Below are positions 55,516 to 64,000 of a stretch of 64,000 bases of DNA, piece by piece; the stretch's first letter is position 1, and every line of letters begins with the position of its first letter. The notes under the pieces are model-generated. The model saw nothing but the letters and a program-made list of their open reading frames with translations, ran no database searches and was not told where the DNA came from. This DNA is from Selaginella moellendorffii (taxonomy: Eukaryota; Plantae; Lycopodiophyta), in assembly GCF_000143415.4 (NCBI RefSeq), contig NW_003314383.1, forward strand, positions 319,340 to 383,339. Reading direction: 5' to 3'. Made by a program: the position numbers and the translations under genes.

Positions 55516-57438
55516 CACACGCTTGAACGTCACATCAAATCCTCTGACAAACCAGATCTTATGATTCCTCTGACAAATTTCAAACTGAGTAGCTTCTAGA
55601 CTTTGCTGTCGGACGTTGAACTTTGTCACATCATGTCCTTGCCTCGATCCAGCTGTGCCATGTCAGTGATTTGAACTTTGCTATGCCGTGTCAGCGATCC
55701 GCACCAAGATTATTCGCCGTGTAAAGGAATAATTATGTTGTGTGTGTACGTCCATTTATGGCAATATAAAGCCACACGCCATTCAAAGAATAATGCTAGT
55801 CGAGCATTTTTTGGTGCATTTTTTGGTTCAAAATTGCATGAGCCCACACGCTATAAAGTTTACCTATACCAAAAATAGAAACAACTTTATTTACTTGGGA
55901 ATTTAAGTGGTTGAGGCATTTTTAAACTTACAAACACATGCCCTACTTACATTCCTTTGGTTGCTTAAAATTCAAAAATATTATAAACCTTTCTTTTTGC
56001 ATTCTCAATGTTTTCAATTATGGTTTTTGATTTTCACAGGATCAGCCTAGTAATCTATTTGCATCCCGTCATGTTTATAGCTAGCTTTCGTTTGTCCCCT
56101 TTGCTAGCCTGAGATACATCTGCTCGGCATCTGCCTCTTACAGCATTTGCCCAGAAAGGGCATCTTTCTTCACGCAGCATTTGCCACATGTTTAGGGTTT
56201 AGGATTTAGGGTTTAGCAATTCAGTAGCTTGATAAACATGCAAATACAGAACTTGATGCAAAATCCTTTGATATGTCACAATGCCCCTAAAATCATAAAC
56301 ACATTTCAATAGAGAGGGTCCTTTCATTTCATAACTCCTTACGTAGATCTTGGTGAAACCAAAGTTAGTGAAGTTAGTTTCTTGTGATCCCACATCTGAT
56401 TGTGATGTCCCTTTGCAGTGTCGATGGAAAGGTCAATGCACACCAAACTGTAAAATCTTGGAGCAAAATAACGGTCGGATCTATGGCAAATGCCCCTGAA
56501 ACATTGTAAGGCTCGTGTGGTCTCATGTGGTGTCTGATCGAGATGCTTCTTTGCAGGGTCATCAGGAAAGATATTGTATACCATTCTGTAAAATCTAGTT
56601 GCGATCTAACGGTTGGATCTCCAGAAAACTCAAAAAAATCTCGTGCGTGTTAGAATATTCTAGGAATATACTCCTATGTGCCCCTGAAAATGGCATGCGG
56701 CCCCACGCCATTCAAGAGATAACAAGAAATGATGCCGAGCATTTTTTGGTGCATTTTTTGGGATCAAAATTGCATGAGCCCACACGCTTGAACGTCACAT
56801 CAAATCCTCTGACAAACCAAATCTTATAATTCCTCTGACAAATTTTAAAGTGAGTAGCTGCTAGACTTTGCTGCCGGATGTTGAACTTTGTCACATCATG
56901 TCCTTGCCTCGATCCAGCTGTGCCATGTCAGTGATTCGAACTTTGCCATGCCATGTCAGCGATCCGCGCCAAGATTATTCGCCGTGTAACTGCTCGGCAT
57001 CTGCCTCTTACAGCATTTGCCTAGAAAGGGCATCTTTCTTCATGCAACATTTGCCACATGTTTAGGGTTTAGGGTTTTGCAATTCAGTAGCTTGATAAAC
57101 ATGCAAATACAGAACTTGAAGCAAAATCCTTTGATATGTCAGGACCATAAACACATTTCAATAGAGAGGGTCCTTTCATTTCATAACTCCTTACGTAGAT
57201 CTTGGTGAAATCAGAGTTAGTGAAGTTGGTTTCTTGTGATCCCGCATCTGATTGTGATGTCCCTTTGCAGTGTCGATGGAAAGGTCAATGCACACCAAAC
57301 TGTAGAATCTTGGAGCAAAATAACGGTCAGATCTATGGCAAATGCCCCTGAAACATTGTAAGGCTCGTGTGGTCTCATGTGGTGTCCGATCGAGATGCTT
57401 CTTTGCAGGGTCATCAAGAAGGACATTGTATACCATTC
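55516..57438 (+). repeat. Internal segmental duplication (55516-55723 ~ 56783-56989; 56120-56588 ~ 56990-57438) with interstitial TTTAGGG units
   Basis: Near-identical blocks (ORFs 56339..56584 vs 57191..57436). tttagggtttagg at ~56191 and ~57061. Confidence 0.85.
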
Positions 57439-58092
57439 TTTATTTAGCTGAACATCTGGCATTTTTGGAAATACAAGATGCTTTGGAATATCCAATCATG
57501 CATGGTATAAATATAGCGAGGGTATTAAATGATATCCCAATCATGATCTTTCTTTTGGATTTCGCGTGCATGCAGTCCGAGGAATGATGACGTTGCAGAT
57601 TTCTTTTGGATTTCACGTGCATGCCAGAAATTAATGGTGGTGCCCAAGTCCGAGGAATGATGACGTTGTGGGATTACCAACCGTCGTGACATTTTGCGCG
57701 TGTGAGGTTAGGTTTTGCATCGTACTTGCGCTCGCACACTCGCGCTCGCATCGCGCTCCAACTCGCGATCACGCTCACATTCGGGCTCATCTACCTTCTC
57801 TACAGGTTTCTCGTGTGCATCGGCGTCCACTCGCGCTTGCATCACACTCGCGCTTGCATCGCGCTCGTGTGCATCGTCGTCCACTTCAAGACACACCCAG
57901 TTTGTAACTTCGCTGCCAACTCCGCCACCCACTCCGCCACCCACACGCAGCCCACTTGGCGTCCCGGGAGATTTCAGCGCCACTCTCCAACTGTAAGTGG
58001 CAGAGTAGCCTTGCTGCTACGATCTGCTGCACACACAGTGCACATTCGCCAGCGAGTCCGGCCTCGATTGTCATGCCGCCATTCGGCTTCAA

Positions 58093-61000
58093 ATGGTAAG
58101 TCTTTTAGGCCAAGTAGAAAATGGCATGAGGCCACATGCCATTCAGTAGCAACATTGTCATGCACCGATTGGGCTCTCGAGTGCAGTCCGGTTACAGATG
58201 GCGTGTAGCCTCACGCCATCTTAGGATGCAGCCTCAAGACATCTGATGTAGTGGTGAATGGCGTGTGGCCTCACGTTATTTCCAGCTGCTAGCTTTTCAT
58301 CTGTCAGCTCTAATTGTTGTGCATTTCTGAACAGGCGAGGAATTGCGTTCTTCTTCCAGCCACTGTCAATGTGGATGCAGAGAAGGGGGAGGAGCTCACC
58401 AGTTGGACTTTCGGGATGGAAGGCAAGGATCTGAGGTTGTACAACACAGATGGTGGGAGAAAAGAATGCATGGGGATCCTCATCCAAGTGACAGACACTC
58501 CATGCAGTTCCATGCAAGAATATGGACTGGCACTTGTGGTAGAGACAGCGTCCGCCTTCAAGATCCACCTTGCACATCCTAGCGGCTTCCCGGAGGGGGG
58601 CAGCGGCTATGAGGAATTCCTAGAGGGAGCTAGGGAGAGGTTGTCCAGGAGGCCCACAATTTCAAAGACGCTGCGGGTCTATGAAGATCACATGGAATCC
58701 ACGGACCTCACCTACGGCGATGTTCAAAAACTATATTCCAACATTGAGCCGTTGAGAGTGCCTCCAGTTCGCAAAGCAAAGGGGAAGGGGGTCGATCTGG
58801 AAACTACCCCAAAGCAGAAAAGGGTGGTCAAGCTCAAGCCAACGTCCAACTCTCCTGCTCCAAAAAAGAAGCTACTCGGTGATGCCATTGTCTCGGGTTC
58901 GAACACTACACCCACCAAAAAGAAGAGCCGCAAAGAGCAGAAAGAGCAAGAAGAGGCAGCAAAAATCGTCGCAGATAATAGTACTTGTTACTATTCCAAC
59001 AAAGTATATACAATCGACGTGAGCCGTATCGACATCCAAAGCAAATACAACCACAGGCTAGTATCTGATGAGTGGGTGGAGAAACTGAAGCAGAAGATGC
59101 TGGCAAGTCCAGTAACACCCGACATCGCAGACGTGATCCCCTACTACCGAACAATGAAGGGCGAGACGAGGTTTCCAGACTTGATCAATAAGAAGGTGTT
59201 GGACGATCAGAACATCTGGTTCTATGCCGTCTCCGGGCAGCATTCTAGCTTGGCGATGCAAGAGATAGTTGTGGATATTATGGTGGGCGGGGAGGTGAAG
59301 AAAGTCTTCAAGACAAGAGTTGTCCGCCTGATAAAAGGCAACTCGCCCCTCCGATCTATCATATACATCTCCCACGCGCAGAATGTCAAGCAAGAAACGT
59401 GCTACAAATCGGGTCTACACGAGACATTGGCATGAACACGGAAGCTCTGGATTCAACTGAAGAAGCCACAAAAACCAGGACAAGGACGTGCACTAGCAAC
59501 TAGCGCCTGGCAGGTAAGCCTCGTTGCATATGGCATAGTATGCGGCCTCACGCCATTTCTATTGCAGGAATTCTCGAGTCTTCTCTCGAAAACACTGGGG
59601 GTCAATGACACACTCAGCATCCATAACATTCTACTCGCGACAAAAGTTGTTTTTGACAAATGGGTAGATGTGCTGAGGAGGTACTATGACGGGGAGTTGC
59701 TAAACTCAATAGGTGTGGAGGACAGCCGAAAACCCAATGATTTGAAGCTCAACGCCTTGCGTTTCTCGCGGTCTCTAGACGACGACGACCTTCTGACAGT
59801 GGCTAATGCTCTTCTACGTGGTGAGGTAGTCTTCAACAAGACCAAAATGACTCCCGGCCATATTGTGACATACGAGGACTTGTGCAAGACTCTGAGAGCT
59901 CGTGCGCTATTGAAGGATTGGATCTTCGAGCAAGTGGCCGTGGAGAAGGTGAGCATCGACACCACGCAAGAGATGATGGAAGCGCTGGAGTTGTCAAATG
60001 AAGACATCGACGAGTACGTGAAGGGGGCCCCCAAGTTCATCGATCTGCTGCGGGATGCCACGAAAAGTAAAGCTGAGAAGTTGGATCAGTATCCAAATTT
60101 CATTAAGAGGGATGTCGACCACCGGCTTCAGAAACAGCTCGACCCCGCAGCAGAGGCCTATCGAGAACCTTACTGAGTATACGTGAATTTGGATGAGGAT
60201 CAAAGGTGGAGGAGCATCGTTTCCCGCGGAGATGAGCAGGTCAAGAACATCTTTTGTGTGATGGACTTCACAAACGAGGAGATCACTCATGCAGACGAAG
60301 TCAGCTCCATCATTGACTTAATGGTGGGACTTGCGGAGGTGGAATCTTCAGTCCACTATATGATCTACGACTTCGAATCCTATCACAAGTTCTAGAAGGC
60401 CTTGAACGAGGTGAAGGCTTGGTTGAAAGGCAAGGAAATGCGGGAGATCCATGGGATAATGGCTAAGAAGAAGATACCGATGAATGTCCACATCTTCACA
60501 CTCACCCTTGTTATTGGTCCTGCAGTAGAGTGGGACTAGAGTGACTTCCCAGCTTCGTTCGATAAGGCCGATCGAATTGATCTGAGGGAGGTCAATTTAC
60601 CCATGCCTGAGGAACTGAAGACGGCTATGGAGCTTTCGAATCCAAAGAAAGCTCCAGGTGCAGCATGGGAAATGCTCAGCTGGGTCTTCAACGTAATAGC
60701 GGGTGGGTCACCTGCTTCCGACTCCAAGGGCAAATGCGTTGTCGAGTACAACTGCGGCGGACTATTCTTTCGAGCCGCACTACTCAAGGGTGTCCCGTGT
60801 GTTGCGGTGACAAACTCCATTGAAGAGGTGACTTCAATGGAGCATATAATTACAGTTGCCAAAGAAAAACAGTATCTTCTCTGCGAACCTAGTGAGTATG
60901 CACTTTAAGTTTAAATGTTATCTCACAAGCTCTGTATGCAGGAGCGTGGCCACCCCCAGATGCTGAAATGGCGTTAACAGCTACTGTTGAAGATACCCAT

Positions 61001-63700
61001 GTTGGGCCGAGCTCACAACCTGCACAAGGTAAGGTCACGTGAGGCCTCACGCCATTTTGATTATAGATCGTTGTGAATATTCAGACACGAAGACTGAAAA
61101 GCGCACTGGTGGCACGTCGAAGAAGGACAAACAGACAAGCAATAGGAAAAAAGGAGGTACAAATTATATTTGCAATGGTGTGTGGTCTCATGCCATTCCT
61201 TGCAGGAGACACTTCTTCAAAGGCAAAACAGGCAAGCACCAGCCAAGCTCAAACTGACAGTGGTCATAAAAAGTGAAAGCACGTTGGACAGTCGTTGGGA
61301 TCAGAGGCATTTGATTCGAAAAGGAAGAAGGGCAACGAAAAGATGATAGGTAATGCCTCGCGGTTATGGCGTGTGTGCCCATGCCATTCATTGCAGATCA
61401 AGGGCTGAGTGAAAGCAGCCAGTCACCACCTCCTGACTCAGATTCCTATGGTGGACTCCCCTTCCCCAATCTCAATGGAGAGGTACAATGGATGAGGGAT
61501 GCTTTTCAAGTTAGGGCCACGTTTTTCTCATCTCGTCGTCTTCGAAGGGTGCAAGAACGTGCAGAAACCATGTTAAGACAATCGGGTGAGGATACGGTCC
61601 TAGGTCACGCACTAAAACAAGCTATGGATGTCTTGTATTTTGAGATGGAGACTCGGCCAGATGATTTTCCCAAGATGGTCCTGGAAGAACAAGCCATCCA
61701 GCCTGAGCAGCCTATGGAAGAAATGCAGGAGGGGGATGAGGAGCCAGAGAAAGATAATGAGCAGGAAAAGCAGAAGAACGAAGAGGAGGACAAAGAAGAG
61801 GAGGACGAAGAGGACTTGGATGGTCCTCACAATGGTGACGATCACAATAACGACAACGACGATGATGACGACGATGGCCAGCCTGAGGTGGCCAAAGAAC
61901 AGCGGAGGAAGGTCATACAAGACAAACCATCAGGTAAATAATAGTATATCCATTCCTAACCTTTTACCATTTCTAACATTGTCCATGTAGGTTGCAGAGC
62001 AAATGGTAAGTAGAGATTATTCAGTTGAATTTACAAACTCTAGCCTTTAGTGTTGAGGAAGGATAGTGCCAAGCAAGGGTCGAAATGTATGTCCAATCCT
62101 TCAGAATCAGCAGTGCGCCCAAGTGATATCGGTCCTAGTTCCTCAATAGCAGTTGATGGTAAATATAGTATAGTCGATTCAATGTGCTAATGAGTTTGTT
62201 TTTAGTAGCACGGGAGGATACCATCTCAATCGAAGGGAGATATTTGGATATGCATATGGATCCGCCAGTGGACTCTACTTGGCTGCAAGAGTCATCAGAG
62301 CTGGTGGAGGCTACTATCCATATCAACGCCAAGCAAGTTGACCACGCTCCACTTGATGCTGCCCATACCACTGAGTCAATCTTGTCCACGTATCCAACTG
62401 ACGGTGACCAGGTGCCATTGGACCTGCATGAGGCCGCCCCAGCCGCCGAGCCGGTCGTATCCTCATTTCCAACAGACTCAACGTGTGCCCAATCGTCTGA
62501 CTACACGCCGTTGGAACCTCCCTACACCGCCCCTGCTGCCTGTTCGGTCATGTCCACTTTGCCAACGGAGGCACTAGCTGAAATGGCGTGTGATCACACG
62601 CCATCGGAACCACCCCATGCCACTGTTGAGCTAGTTGTACCAGAGTCTACAGCTGAAATGGCATGTGCCCACACGCCATCGGATGCGATTGACCCCACAT
62701 TGCAGAGGAGAGTATTTCCGCCCTTCACGTTTCCTCGACTAAAACCCTCTCAACGACCATCGGGAGCACCATTCGCTAATATTGTAGATGGTAAAATTGA
62801 CTTGTACCATTTTTTATGCTAATGCATTTCATTTCAGAGTCACGGCGAAGGTACTGTATCGTTTTTGATCTGAACAGTGTCCTTTTCTCCCATGAGCATG
62901 GCTCGTCCTCGAATGTCACTGCACCCTCCAAAGCCTGCAGTCGCAAGTTGGTCAAAAGAGACAGATTCACATTAATTATACGGGAGAAACTGCGGGATCT
63001 AATAATGACCATGCGACACTTAAAATAGAGGGCCGGGTTCAATTTGCAATTGGGAGTTTGGACATCCATGATGCGCCACAATGCATTAACGTTGCTACAG
63101 ATGATGCACGATCAGACGCGAGTAATATTACCATTTGAATTTCTCCTAACGCAGGAGGATTGCTTGACTATGGTCCATGTGAGGGGTAGCAAGCCCATCT
63201 TCGTCAAGCCAGAGGCTGTAGTGATGAACCGGACTGCTAGGTCAAGTGAAATCCTCATCATCAATGACTCGCCGATTAAAACTGCAGCGAACACGCACAC
63301 ATATGCAGTGCACCCCATCTCTTGCAGTATGGAAACTAGGGAGAAGAAACCGTATGTTCTGGGGGACCTTGCAAAACGGCTTGGAGCGATGGTGATAGAG
63401 AACCGGCTAGTCCAGGAGGTGGCTGCAGAAATCAACCAAATGGCAGATGGAACGGTATATCAGAAGCCATTTGATCGGACAGACACCAGTCATCATTTAT
63501 GGCATGTATATTGTCTAGCCAAGCACTATCCGTATCTCCATAATCTGCTCAACCGGATGGAATCTTTGACCACTGAACATGAGCGTGGACGTATTAGAGA
63601 AGAGATGGCATTACTATTGGGTTTAAATCCTGATAGTGTGGAGAGTGATGAAATTTTAAGATTATTGTATAGGCGTTGGAGGCAAAAAATAACAGTCTGA
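58093..63700 (+). pseudogene. 11-exon ~1,644-codon gene: ParB/Srx-like + degenerate DNA-MTase-like + acidic linker + FCP1/NIF HAD-like domain; 6 premature stops, no frameshifts
   Basis: Phase-consistent GT-AG introns at 58096-58334, 59514-59567, 60892-60941, 61029-61066, 61157-61205, 61350-61396, 61934-61990, 62006-62050, 62159-62205 and 62791-62837. Motifs HRLVSDEWVEKLK...FYAVSGQHSSLA; KCVVEYNCGG..RAALLKG; CIVFDLNSVL, LGVWTS, ILIINDSPIK. Confidence 0.7.
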
Positions 63701-64000
63701 GATGGCATGTATTTATTTAAAAATGTAACTTATTATGGCATGGGGTTCCATGCCATTGTATTAATATTAAAAGACAATTCTTTGAGAGGATTTGCATTAT
63801 ACTAGAAGTGTTACAGCATGTTATTGGAAGTCTACGAAGTTGTTTTATTAATAAGGGGAAAGTAAAAATTGAATGGGGACTTGGGCTCCACCTAGACTCG
63901 GAGCAACTGAGCCAATATTAAAAGGATGGAAAGAAATTGAACGACGATGACAAGGAGAAGAGAGAGGTGAAGCAGTGGCAGGGGGAGGAGAAGTGATTGA

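Larger units (their letters stand above)
50220..63756. repeat. Dispersed family of ~29 22-bp palindromes ATGGCRTG-N6-CAYGCCAT
   Basis: Perfect copy ATGGCATGAGGCCTCATGCCAT at 55048-55069. Others listed under findings. Confidence 0.9.
50100..64000. mobile_element. Large (>13 kb) putative DNA transposon with divergent transposase and cargo genes; termini not resolved
   Basis: Transposase pseudogene at 51625-54690, large plus-strand gene at 58093-63700, and an element-restricted 22-bp palindrome from 50220 to 63756. Confidence 0.7.

Noticed and set aside
50220-63756. Palindromic repeats as a CRISPR array
   Set aside because: Spacing is irregular (tens of bp to >1 kb), the repeats are degenerate and lie in introns and exons, no cas genes are present, and the context is eukaryotic.

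Overview
Eukaryotic plant nuclear DNA. Short ~45-60 nt GT-AG introns, dense genes, PLS-class PPR genes and a Hog/Hint gene suggest a lycophyte such as Selaginella (inference). 1-5.1 kb holds retroelement and transposon remnants. 5.5-43 kb is gene-rich: a secreted Hedgehog-type Hint protein, an RGG RNA-binding protein, a CRINKLY4-related receptor pseudokinase, aconitase, F2KP, a Crinkler-like kinase pseudogene, a TPR-SET pseudogene, a PPR gene, RecQ3, a GCK-domain protein, two IDA-like peptide genes interleaved with tRNA-Pro and tRNA-Ile tandems, PS decarboxylase and CYBDOM. 43.5-50 kb is PPR, copia and gypsy debris. The most striking feature is a >13 kb putative DNA transposon from ~50.1 kb to the window end. 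It carries two divergent, decayed genes: a Sola-like DDD transposase, and an 11-exon ~1,640-aa protein (ParB-like + degenerate DNA-methyltransferase-like + FCP1/HAD-like). About 29 copies of a 22-bp palindrome (ATGGCRTG-N6-CAYGCCAT) are dispersed through it, including in introns and coding sequence. All domain calls are by-eye motif recognition; no database searches were run.
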